Source of the DNA: Adineta vaga
Taxonomy: Eukaryota; Animalia; Rotifera
NCBI GenBank assembly: GCA_021613535.1
Contig: CP075492.1
Coordinates: 14,183,769 to 14,247,768 of the forward strand
Direction of reading: 5' to 3'
DNA: 64,000 nt
The stretch's first letter is position 1. Each line of letters begins with the position of its first letter. The translations under genes were made by a program, and so were the position numbers. Of this stretch, positions 37,203 to 49,132 are shown piece by piece. The notes under the pieces are model-generated. The model saw only the letters and a program-made list of their open reading frames with translations, made no database searches and was not told where the DNA came from.

Positions 37203-38157
37203 ATGAATTCATCAACACCAGTACATCAAATACCAAACATTATCATTGATTGTTCAATTATCACAGGCTCTTCAATTACTATTTGCGTTTCACTTGCAAT
37301 ATTTCAATTGATTTGCTATGATTTAATCAAACAGAAAACTTCTTTAGATCGAGTTGCACTTCTTCTAACAGCAAATGTTTATTTATCATTATTCTTCTTC
37401 TCCGCATTAGTTCTTGAACAGTTTATACGTGCATATCTAGGACATCGCTATTTGATGTATCATTAAGTGATGGAATCTATTGTCAATTTCGTTCTTATCT
37501 TCCATGGGTGTCCATTTGTGGAATCATGTACTCGAATACTTTGCAAGGAATCTATCGTTTATGTCGAATTGTTTTTCATACTAAACAAATGCTTCAATCA
37601 TTTCACTTCTACATGAAAATGATCGTTATTCAATGGATTCTATGTTTCACAATTCTCATTCCTTCATTTTTTCTTGATGGTTTTAAATATTCAGTGAATA
37701 ATTATTATTGTGAAAATGATTATAGAAATATTCGAAGTACAGTTTTTAATGGTACTCTCTCTTCTACCATTCCGATAACTCTAGCGAGTATGTGTTAGTT
37801 TATACATGGAGAAAAATGCATCGAAGAGATAATCATTTATTACAAACAATGACACGAATTCAAGAGATGAACGCACGACGTGATTTAGTTGTACTGTTTC
37901 GAATTTGTATTATTCATGGATTCTTATCCATATTCTTTACACCTTCTTCAGTATTACTTTTCATTTATATTGGCACTGGGTATGAACCTTGGTGGTCACC
38001 ACAATTTCAATGGTTATTTTTGTGTCTGTCAACTACCTGTATTAGTGTTACACTATTATTTATATCACCTCATGTTCAAAATTTATTGAAAAAAAGATTT
38101 CATCGACGTCGTCATCAAACATCTGTACATATTCATATGAGAGTTACTTGTCCGTAG
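37203..38157 (+). CDS. 7TM receptor-like gene spread over three frames (37203-37466, 37508-37798, 37792-38157); introns or frameshifts unresolved
   Basis: Hydrophobic TM segments throughout, 'AYLGHRYLMYH' near the TM3 end, and a basic C-terminus. The exact exon junctions could not be fixed by hand. Confidence 0.35.
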
Positions 38158-38497
38158 AGAATACTGAACTGATTATTTGTAATAATATATTCTCTCATTC
38201 ACATTTTCAAGAGTATCAATTTTGTTGTGAAATTAGAAAATGATGATAGACGAACAGTATGTTTATCACAGTGAGAAAAAAAAGTACTAAAATACCTAGT
38301 GATTACACAACAAACCTATTGGCTGATTTTTATATACTATGAATTTGATGAATCGAGTAGATCGATAAGTTTTCTTTCTCTCATCTTTTGACTCGTACAC
38401 TCGAAAGTGTTTACATACTGATGTCATATAGATGAGAAAAACAAAAATAATTAGATGATAGTATTCATAATTATAGAAGCGTAAGTGATAGTTTGGA

Positions 38498-40646
38498 TTA
38501 CCATTGATAAAATTGCTTGTTATTCTTCGTATCATCACTATTACAACCTGATAACCATTTCGAAGGTTTCGTAATATTTACAAATCCAAGTTTGGCTGCT
38601 GGACTATTCCATTTCACTGTGAAAAAATTACATTGATTTGTATCACCTGAAAACAATGGATCATCTATAATACTTCCATTGTCTTGACCTGTCTTTTGCC
38701 AATCAATAAATGATAGCTGTTGTGGACCGAATAGTAATTTAGTACCATACGGATTGAAATAGATATTATTATTCAATACTGCTCTAACGTTTGGATCAGA
38801 TTTATAAGCTGAATGATTTGTTCCTTGAAATGTATCATAAACAATATTACGTGTGTATGTCCATGATGTATGATTTTCTGCTAATTGAATACGAACATCA
38901 CCATCGGGAAAAGGGTCACCTGGTTGTGATGGTTGAATCAGTGATGCACGAGCAAAAACATTATTTACAATCGTATTATTTGCACCATAATGTTGAAATA
39001 AAGAACTCCAACCTGTATTGTATACAACATTATTTGAAACAAGTATATTTGATGCACCATCATCAAGATAAATTCCCCACATATATGTTGCATAACTATA
39101 CACGTTTTTAATAACATTCCCATGGATAACTGTACCTGATTGAATACCGATCGTATAAATACCACCTTGATCACAAAGTATATGTTGACCAATTGTATAA
39201 ATATAATTTTCTAAAATGAAAATTTTTGTTGTTAATGATTCCGTATAACCATTTTGTGAACCAACAGATATACCATTATATCGATGATGATGAATACTAT
39301 TATCTGCAATAATGATATCATATGCACGAAAAACTAATACTCCTACACCACTGGGAAAAACATTTCCTCCATAACTAATTTCATTGGAAATGATCTTATT
39401 TGAATTTGCTAATATTGATGCTGGTGTTAGCCAATCACCAATCCAAACACCACCAGCACCTGTATCATTGACTAATGAATTCATAAAAATAATATTCGAT
39501 GTCCCTTCTCTTAATCGCAATCCATATGATCCTGTATGACTAATTTCAACATTAGATATAGTGATTGATGTTGCATTGGCAATAAAAAATGCAACCGATG
39601 TAAGAAATGAGGCTGATGCTGAATTGGCTTGTTCAGTACGACCGATATTCCATGCACCATGTTGTATAGCAATATTATCAATAATAATATCTCGAATGGG
39701 ATCTGTTGTACAGTTGCTAGCTAAGGAAACAACAATTTCTTGAACTGATGTAATGATTTGTGCTTGTGTTGGATCATAGGTACCATCTGTCATCAAGTAG
39801 ATCGTTTTCGTTTCATTGACAAAACAGAATGAATTTGGAATAAGTGCTTCACAAAGATTTTCAATATGAAATCGTCGTTGAGCTTGAGTTGGAAATTCGC
39901 CAATAGGATATTGAGAAGGATTAGTAAAGAAAATAGTATTATTCGACGGTATGAGTCGATCAATATAATGATGGGATTCTGTCCAACTATGATAAATAAC
40001 TACCATTGCATCTGTTAATGATGTATAATTGAATTGTCCAGGTGCATATTGAAAACCATATCGTGATTGAATGGAATCATTTAAAGGTGCAACATATTGC
40101 AAATATTCGGAAAAATTAGTTGGAATACGTGTACGAACAATTCGTTGATTATTTACGAATAATTGATTAACGAAGGATATTGATGAAGCAATTGCACTAT
40201 AAATATTGCCGCTAACATGTATCCAACCAGTCACAGGTACTCCACCACTAATCACTGCCGTCTTTGAACGTTGATAGGAACTTTTATGCCGCGATCGATC
40301 CATCAAACAAGGTAGTCTCTGCTTCATTCATTGTTGTTAAACGTATATGACTATGCGCTTGTGTGATGTGCGTAGTGTTAACAAAATGATAGGTTGGATA
40401 TAAATGAATGGTTATTCTGATTGATGATATCATATTATTACGATTATACCGATGTTCAATATGTTGAAGTGCTTGGTGTAATGATGAGTAAGGAAATGCA
40501 AGTGATCCATCACTATCTTTATTAAAATTTAGAAATGGAACAACGTACAAATCGTTCGATAAAGTCGATGAAAGAGCTGACGTTTGATATAATTCACTAA
40601 TAATTAAAATTAATGTCACTAAAATTTGATCTTTCGTAATTTTCAT
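38498..40646 (-). CDS. Secreted right-handed parallel beta-helix (PbH1 repeat, pectin-lyase fold) protein, bacterial-like; about 2 exons (40300..40646 signal peptide/N-terminus; 38498..~40280)
   Basis: 609-aa ORF with repeated beta-helix rungs ('NVVYNTGWSSLFQHYGANNTIVNNVF', 'GNVIKNVYSY', 'ISNVEISHTGSYGLRL'). The upstream ORF 40284-40646 begins with signal peptide 'MKITKDQILVTLILIISELYQTSA'. The junction near 40284-40330 is probably the acceptor TTCAAAG|ACGGCAGTG (giving 'TAVISGG'), but no canonical GT donor sits in phase. Confidence 0.6.
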
Positions 40647-40873
40647 TGTATTTCAAAATTCTATAAAGATTCAAACGTTCTTTTTAAAATTTCTATTTAC
40701 TAACAGCACACATGTTGTTCGAAGGTAAAGATGCATACACTTATCTCTCTGTTATCTATACAAAGTTCTTTTTTTTGATCAAGTTGAAATCAGCAACATG
40801 CATCTTCTATTTACATCCAGCATTAGATAGTTTTTTTACTGTCTATGCATTAATTTTGAAATAAAATGAAATT

Positions 40874-41750
40874 TTAATAAGAGTCTATTGAATTTTGTAT
40901 TAATTTGAAGAGAAAAATGATTAATTTAAGAAATAATAAGAAAAAATTATCTTTTCTAAAGTTTCTAACACATCTTTGACATTTCACTTCGTCCACCACA
41001 TCCATTGAGGAAGACTCACACCATAGGTACCTAGAAAAAAGGTTAATAGAATTCAAATAGAATCGAAATGGATAAAAGTTCTTACATTTTTTACATTCAC
41101 CGCAATGCCATTCTCGCCAACCGACACATTCTTGACATACAATGCAATGCCATTTACAATTATCTTGTTCAAAATCTTCTCGACAGAATGAATAATAATA
41201 GCTCGAAAGCTTATTTGATAGAAGCATACGAAATAATTTTTGCATATGATTGAGTTTTTCGTCATCGTCAATATCGTTCCATTCTTCCACCCATTCTCCA
41301 AGTTCATGATCAAATTCACAAGCATCTGAATAACTAAAACGATACATATATTTGATTAGATTTCTTGATAAAGAATAGATTATATATTTACCAGGCGGCT
41401 TGCATGATACGTTCTCGTAATTGATTTCGATCTATTTGTTTCAATGCATCAGCATTTTTAACATTTTCCACAAGCCAACTGGAAAAACAAGGATGAGCTG
41501 AATATTTCTTTTCATTACCAAAGAAATATTCCAAATTATTGAACATATTTTGACAAGATGATTGACATCCACATGATGAATTACATCCACTACCAAATTT
41601 GAAACAAGCACAAGTTCGTTTGGTACATCCTTTGGAGCAATTACATTTATCTTTCTTTTCATAATTTGGATTTTTTTCCGTAATTTGACCACTTTTTGGA
41701 CCTTGATTTTGTTGTTCATCGGCACTATCAGAATAATCGTCGATCCACAT
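40874..41750 (-). CDS. CXC (tesmin/TSO1-like) cysteine-rich domain protein with a C-terminal Cys/His zinc-finger-like region; complement(join(40874..41333,41392..41750)), about 272 aa
   Basis: '[32 protein letters not shown]' matches the CXC pattern. A 58-nt intron (TG|GTAAAT...CGTTTTAG, phase 2) gives TG+T=Cys. C-terminal '[18 protein letters not shown]'. Confidence 0.6.
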
Positions 41751-42047
41751 GGTTGATATTTTTCAAATAAACGAGACGATCGATCGATTTTACTATATCT
41801 TTTTCTTTCACGGCGGTCGACAAAGATCTTACATATGGTTATCATATATTAAACATGAAATTTTATAAGAAAAGAATAAATGTTTTCAAATTACATTATT
41901 AAAATAGAGAATTATTTAAAATAATGAATTTCTTTCGATTTTCCAAAAAAAAAGATGTCGCTGAAAAATGGTTTACTTTCCGCATTCTTTTATGTTTTAT
42001 TGAAATCTAGTCAATGAAACGATATAATTCAATTGAGAAAAATGTGT

Positions 42048-43396
42048 TTATAATGATCGTAACCATGTTTGTAAAATCATTAGAGCAATTCTTGTTGGTA
42101 TTGGTAATGATTCTTCTAATAATACTAATGAAATTCTTTCTAAAATATTCGGTATACATTGTGGTAATGTTTTCAATGCTTGAATCAATCCATCGGCAGT
42201 GAATAGATCTTTGCCAACAATAGAAGCGATCGTAATCCAATCGAATACTGGCAATTCACAAACTCCACCTTTTACGTAGCATCTGGGATGAGAATTGAAT
42301 GCAATTTTTTGTAAAATAGAACAATTCTTTTCACAGTTTTCCAAGGGAGATACGAGAGATTTTTGCAAACAATTCATCGTCTTCCCTATCCATCGTTGTC
42401 CTCGTGGACTAAATGTTTTTAAATTATGAGTAAATTTCATACAATATTTCATTCCATAACCTAATGCATATCCATTTGCACCACATGAAACTTTCTCTTC
42501 CATACAATCAGAATAAAATGCACAACTATGCATAGGTGGATTTATACATGACTGACGACACATGGGATCAGATGGACATTTTGTACAATCTTTGTTACAT
42601 TCATCACATGTTGGTTGGTTGACAATCATAGTTTCTGTTCTACTACTATCGGGTAAGAGAATAAGATCAATCGGAGATATTGAAGGTATCATCCCAACTA
42701 CATCTATTTGATGCTGCTTCGTACGAACAAAAATAGAGATTGGCAACGTTGGTACATTTTTGAAAATAACTATGCCATGATTATTCGTTGTACCAATGTG
42801 TCCTACATGAGGATTCTCTGTTAAATTCAGATTGACTATAACATTACTAGCAACAGTTCCATTGTTGAATAATACACGAATTGGTATCATGATCAATCCA
42901 AAATATAAATGAAATGACGTAAATATTGGTACATTATATATATCCAAAGCATATACACTAAGAACTGTAGATGTATCGAATTTTTCTCTTACAATTATAG
43001 AATCTTTTGTATGAGATGTATTCATTATTGGCTGTCCATTAGCAAATATTGCGTAATTATTGATATTGAATATTGGAAATGACGCCATTATTCTTACATC
43101 TGTATTTCCATTGTTAAATGAAAATTCATCGACATTGATTAGATTAACTTCTACCTTTGACAGTTTCTGGTTGGAAAGTTTTGAGGCAAATCTTTTTGCA
43201 GCGCGAGTAACTATAAAATAAAAATAAAATCATTATGACAATAAATGATATATTGTATAAATCATACATACATTCTGATGAATCAGCTAAATAGATTGAA
43301 ATGAGACTGATAGTAAGAACTATTTTAAAAAACTTTCTAAAAACAAATAAGATATTTACGAATATTATATTCGAAATTTTACTTTTGTTGTTCCAT
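42048..43396 (-). CDS. Secreted Cys-rich protein of unknown function; complement(join(42048..43210,43272..43336,43383..43396)), about 413 aa, with a 14-nt first exon
   Basis: ATGGAACAACAAAA|GTAAAAT (14-nt exon), then a 46-nt intron. The 65-nt exon 2 encodes signal peptide 'KFFKIVLTISLISIYLADSSE'. A 61-nt intron (GTATGT...TTTTATAG) follows, then the long exon. All phases check. C-terminal 'CDECNKDCTKCPSDPMCRQSC'. Confidence 0.45.
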
Positions 43397-43872
43397 TAGT
43401 TTGCACCACACCCCTCAACTTTTTCGTTTGTTTCTATAAATGTAAACGAGACTATATTGTAGAATATTTCTTTATATTTTTCAATGTAAGAACAATTGTT
43501 TACGTCATCATTATGTAAAGTAGATATGATATCATTTTTTCGAACAGAATTCGTCGACTAAACTTTAATCTATGAAAATACTTCATCATAAGTGTATATG
43601 CAATTTTTCTATCGGAGATATTTTTATACGAATCAACAAATATGTTCCGTAATGACGCACAAAGATGAAAATATGATTAAAATCTTTTTCAAATATTATA
43701 ATAATAAAATTGAACGACATTCATATGATAGATGCCACAGTTTGATTAGCATGAAATTTTCCAAGTAATTGTTTTACAGTCAATCGTATTTCATTTGAGA
43801 TGTACATACAGAGTTCAGATGATATGAAATAAACGAAAACAATTGACTACTAATCGTTCGATCGCTGCTCGG

Positions 43873-43975
43873 AGATCACTTTTTTGCATCCTGAGGGTGT
43901 GGGTGAAGGTGCGGATTGGGTTTGGGGTGAGGAGGACTAGCTAATCGTCTACACCCACACCCACACCCTCAAGAT
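43873..43975. repeat. Telomere-like G-rich inverted repeat. 'GAGGGTGTGGGTG' (43893-43905) pairs with 'CACCCACACCCTC' (43958-43970); it contains (TGTGGG)2-3
   Basis: A perfect 13-bp inverted repeat separated by a G-rich spacer of about 52 bp. Related motifs occur at 18986-19014, 23235-23282, 25217-25262, 31801-31830 and 32126-32186. Confidence 0.6.
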
Positions 43976-44205
43976 CTATTTCAATCAGATCTCCTGTCTA
44001 TCATTTCGGCGGTTTTATGGTACGAATTTACTGGTAGCAGAATAAACAAGATCATGATAGATTCAAATATAAATATTTATGAATAAAGATATAAAATATG
44101 AGTGATAGCACATGAATTTTACGAACGATATCAAGCAAGTGTCATTTAAACATCACACATGGCTACAACATTTTCTAATTTGTTACACTGTACTTTATTG
44201 ACTTC

Positions 44206-45192
44206 TTATTCTTTTACAGTATTTAGTACTGGTGCTCGTGGTCGTTGTGTAGTTGTTTGGCCAGGTATCACTCGGGCCATTGCCATGTTCTCTACACCAA
44301 TCATACGTCTACTTCGCCAGAAAAAAATAGCACCTTTACATTTTGTTCGTAATTCAGGTAATGACATGACACTTGCAAATGGAGTAAGAAAGATAATCCA
44401 ATAAAGTAAAAATAAACCATCATTAAAGTATTGGGATCCAAAATTCCATGGTAGACCAGCTGAATATGCAGCATACAAAGTCATTGGTGGAAGATCAAAC
44501 ACTAGATATAATACTGAGATTGGTAATAATTGACTGACTAATTTTTTATAATTTCTTAAATCTACTCGTTGTTGAATACGATGTCGATGGTGAATGACAC
44601 GCACGGGAAGAGCAAAACTGGACAGCACAGTGATAAATGCAGGTAGTATAAAATGCACAATACTTTCCCATAAAGATGGTGAACGAGTTTGAACATAACA
44701 AGAATATCGATTACACATCCAAGCATTGTACGAAAATGGAACTGAACATGGTAGAATGAACAATACGATAGCATAAAATATGCATGGACACATCATACAT
44801 ATGATTAAAGGTAGATAATGAAAGAAGAGACGTTTCGATTTTGTTGCATACCAAGTTGAATGAAATATGAGAATGTGTCGTTCAATTGAACCCCATGCCA
44901 TTAGTAAAAAGGACGCGATCAAAAATATTGAACGAATATATGTCCATGTAAGACAGAATACAGGTGTCCATATGAGTACAGTTTGTGTACGATAATAATA
45001 AATTTGCCAAGTATCATCAGTGAGTTCTATGAATAATCCACAAGATAAAAGACAAATAATAACATGATTATTGAGAGCATTTCGAAGTGTTGGATTTTTC
45101 AACAGATGATATAAAGTGAAGATGCTAACGATAATCGATGGAATGAGAGGTACTATTAGAAGCCACGATCGAGTATTATTAGATATTGGCAT
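44206..45192 (-). CDS. Rhodopsin-like 7TM receptor, single exon (328 aa)
   Basis: Seven TM segments, 'WGSIERHILIFH' (E/DRY-like ERH at the TM3 end) and a basic C-terminal tail. Confidence 0.65.
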   Translation of the reverse strand: MPISNNTRSWLLIVPLIPSIIVSIFTLYHLLKNPTLRNALNNHVIICLLSCGLFIELTDDTWQIYYYRTQTVLIWTPVFCLTWTYIRSIFLIASFLLMAWGSIERHILIFHSTWYATKSKRLFFHYLPLIICMMCPCIFYAIVLFILPCSVPFSYNAWMCNRYSCYVQTRSPSLWESIVHFILPAFITVLSSFALPVRVIHHRHRIQQRVDLRNYKKLVSQLLPISVLYLVFDLPPMTLYAAYSAGLPWNFGSQYFNDGLFLLYWIIFLTPFASVMSLPELRTKCKGAIFFWRSRRMIGVENMAMARVIPGQTTTQRPRAPVLNTVKE

Positions 45193-46964
45193 TTGATAGT
45201 ATTTGTTTTGTCAAATGTTGATGTAAAACAACAGAGAAAATGAACGAGTATTATTAGAACTTTGTCTCTTTTATAAACAGTAGATGGTAAGTAGTTTAAT
45301 GTAGAAAATGAATGTTTTTTTGAGATGATCCTTGGTGTTTTCTTTCATCGCTCATATTTTATTAATTAGAAGCGAATTGTCTTCCGCAGACATCTATCTC
45401 ACTTTTCTCATGGTTTTCCTTTATAGTTTCGAAGAACAAGATTCTTCATTTATTTTTGAGTACAAAAAAATACTTTCCGGCAACTAGTTAGATTCGAAAG
45501 TGCTTATTTTCATGACATGAATATTAATGTAATATAGTACAATAAAAGAGGACACTAGAAAGCTGAAAGGAAATGTACTTAGAAACAAAAGAAATCCATT
45601 ACGAACTCGTGATGACGTCAAAGCTAGATGTAATTTGAAAAATGATTGTCAGTTGTATTTATAATTAAACAATATAATAGAAAAAAAGGTAAGATGACGA
45701 CTGACGTCCGTTAATAACACTGTTGCAACGTAATTTTATCATTGATGAGACAATATAATTATCTGCTAAATTGTGTCAGTCGAATAAGAATGAAATAGTG
45801 TAGACTATATGTCATGAATAATTAATGTTTTTAAACTGATGATTTTGATGAAATCTCTTTTCATACTTTTACAATAAAAAAAAGAAATCTTTCATTTTCT
45901 AATACCTGATACTAATTCTTCGACAATTATTTGTTAAATGAATCATTCGTACTCTTCTTATCTTGCTTTCGTTATAAAACCATTCGGAAAATCGTACACA
46001 TCATCGAAGTCAGATGACCAGTCAGAAAACAATTCAATAAAAATGAACGAATCAATAATAGAACTTCAAATAAACATCTGACTAGATGTTATGGAGTGTT
46101 TCGGATTGGACAAAGATTGTTGCTTTAGCTACTTGTACTTGCTTATCATCAGATCGACACCAATACTAAATAATACAATCGAAATGAATCTTTGATATTT
46201 CCGACTTTTGTACTACAGTAGTTGTACTAACAAATATGAGAAGAGGTATTTTGTAATGTTCTACGGCAAAAAAGAAGGATGTTTAAGGAAATTACTGAAA
46301 TCATCAAGTATAAGCATGAATAGATAACCATATAACGTATGAATATTTATTGAACTAACATCGATACTGTATTCAAAACACATTTAACTACTGTTTTTTT
46401 CCTCTGCGACATGTTACATTATATGATATTATACAGTTTTGCTTTTTCTCGCTACATCCGTATCTTCCTGACTTTCTTTGTTTGAAATTAACAAAATAGA
46501 GCTAGAGTAATAAGTATTAGTTTCCGGCTCGACTAGAACGTGTTTACTCTATGAACAGTGCCGTTTAATTTAGATGTTATTCTATTGGATAAGTATCATT
46601 AAATGATATTCAAAGTCGTATATTATATCTTGGCGGCAAACAACACCTTCGCCGCATTAAATGCGCACAAAATAATTTTTCTCCGATGATACAGAGATAA
46701 GATGAAGTCTGATGTCTTATTTTATCGCATCAGCAACTAAACTAGATGCCGACAAAACTTGTGAAGACTACCTTTTTTTGAAGAATAAAAACAATTGTTT
46801 TCTTTCAAACATGTTACAGGAGGACGTAGGAAGAAAAGAAAGAAACGGTTGTCGAATTATGATGTAGTTTTTCGAAGAAGTCTAAGTTGGTAATTTCCAA
46901 TTGTAGAGATTTTCATAGTTATATAAGCTTCAATTAATCTCAAAACGATATATTTGTCATATAT

Positions 46965-47456
46965 ATGTCGAATCGTCAGAAGAGTGCTAAGCGTAACAAA
47001 TCTACAATCGAATGTGGTTTTGGCGAAACGTGTGCTCGTCCAAATTGTACGTTCATTCATCCTGAAACTCGTAATCTTCAAGCAAATATAAAGACAATTG
47101 AGCAAAAGAAACACGAGAATATGATGCATCTTCAGACACGACAAATGGAAATGATTATGCAATTGTGCTCGAATTACAAAGCATGTTGTCGATTAGATTG
47201 TCCTTATAGACATCCTCCTCTTTGGAATCCTGTGAAAAATCAACAATTAGCTGAAGCTAAACGTCTTCAAAATGAAAAGCGCAGAGAACAAGAACAACAA
47301 CATGCTTTAACGGTTTACCGTGATCAACATCAATCGAGAAATATTTCACAATTAAATAATCGGCTTAACGATGATTATGACTATGATGAAGACTATTTTA
47401 ATGTTCACGAAAAATTTTGGCAGAAACAAACTAAACGTCAGGTTGACCAATGGTAG
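46965..47456 (+). CDS. Small tandem CCCH-type zinc-finger protein (163 aa)
   Basis: Two C-x6-C-x4-C-x3-H-like units ('ECGFGETCARPNCTFIH', 'CSNYKACCRLDCPYRH'), a charged Q/E-rich middle and a D/Y-rich tail. Confidence 0.55.
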   Translation: MSNRQKSAKRNKSTIECGFGETCARPNCTFIHPETRNLQANIKTIEQKKHENMMHLQTRQMEMIMQLCSNYKACCRLDCPYRHPPLWNPVKNQQLAEAKRLQNEKRREQEQQHALTVYRDQHQSRNISQLNNRLNDDYDYDEDYFNVHEKFWQKQTKRQVDQW

Positions 47457-47924
47457 AAATGACTGAAAATCTTTCATATATAATGTACAGTAATATATAT
47501 ATATACGTATTAAGTGAGAGTGAAGATAAAAATAAATAAAACGATGTCGGCATGCGTAAACCTATGATGAGATTGCTCGGCCTCATAACAAAAGAGAAAC
47601 AAAATATGTATTTCTTTTTTTACTGTTGATTCTCGATTTAAAAATATCAAATCAGATGATCAAAGTATTGCGGAAAAGTTATAAGAATATTGATAATGTT
47701 TATACAAAGAAAAAACGATTATCCAAATGCATTGAGGAAGGTCATTATGATCAATTTATAAGAAATATCGACAAGCATTTCCTCCGACACATCCCGATGT
47801 AATTCAGACCGAAAAAAATATGCGAAATATCGCATCAAAATTGATTTAATTTGTTTCTTTTTTTATTCTACGAACAAAGCTACTGAATGCTTTACATAAA
47901 CCAATGAATCGTTCTATTGTTTGG

Positions 47925-48577
47925 TTAAATAACAGAATCACGGTGGGCAGGTCTATGTCTGTGAGGATTGTTCAAATGATGTACTTGAGGACCATGTCGA
48001 TGGTGACTTGGTTTCATCTTATGCATGCTCTATAAAAGAAAAGAAAAGATAAAAATCAGATTCATTTCAATATATCTACCGAAGGTGTTAATAGTCTATG
48101 GCGATGACCGATAAGGGGTGTACGGTGATGTTGTCCATCAGAATTGGATAATTTTGCGGTCAGAACAAAACTATGAACGCCCATAGCAAATGTTAAACGT
48201 TCTTTACCACTGACTAATTGTGCTTTTAGTTTGTCGAATCTATTTTTATAAGTACGACTTCGTAGTAATTGTTCAAGAGAGGATGCATCACTAAATTTTT
48301 GTACAAGTTCCAAACACTCTGTAAGACATACCTCTAAATTCATCAATGGCTGATGAAAATTTTCATCATTTAAATGGTTTGGTGGAATGGATTCTAAACA
48401 ACGAATAACTTCAAAAACATGTTCATCTAATTCATTACAATTCTTTTCATTTAATTCATAAGCAACGATTGTACTATGAATTTGTCTGCCCAAAAAGAGA
48501 ATGGCTGAAACTAAAGGTGGACCAACACTTAAGGCCAGGCCAACGGAGATTGGTTCGCGATCATGACGTCTTTGCAT
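47925..48577 (-). CDS. Hypothetical protein with a His-rich C-terminal tail; complement(join(47925..48029,48080..48577)), about 200 aa
   Basis: A 50-nt intron (TCG|GTAGAT...CTTTTATAG, phase 0) joins the 166-codon exon to the His-rich exon 'SMHKMKPSHHRHGPQVHHLNNPHRHRPAHRDSVI'. Confidence 0.4.
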
Positions 48578-49132
48578 CTTTGTATAGAAAAATAACTATT
48601 AAACGATGTAAAATATAGTGAGGATAGGAAAATAACCATAGGTAATTTATATACCAATCGTAGGTATGGTCTAATCCTTCTTTTTCCAATAAATTACACA
48701 TTATCGTTAATGCGTCAGGTAATTTTCCAACTGCATTTCCTTTTCATGAGTCACATGAAATATTGTCATTCATGTCAAATCCTGATCATTTTTCAGGTGA
48801 AAAAAAATCATATCTTATATTATAAAAAAATAATATCATTGATACAAAACGATGAGACGAAAAGAAATTATGAGTTTTATCAAACACAGAATGTCTACGA
48901 TTTTATTTTTTCTGTCGGCTGTTGATGTTTTTAAATTAAATCGAACATAGAAAAGAAAGAAAAATCCATGCACATGTTGATCATTCAACAGTTTCATTTG
49001 TTTGACGAGCAAAGCAAGTAAATCAAATAATGTCAAAATTCATAAACGACTCACGTAATTCGTCTAATAATTAATTGAATGCATGATTTCTAGTATAGAG
49101 TTTGTTATTTTTCTATTTCAGCTGTATTCATT

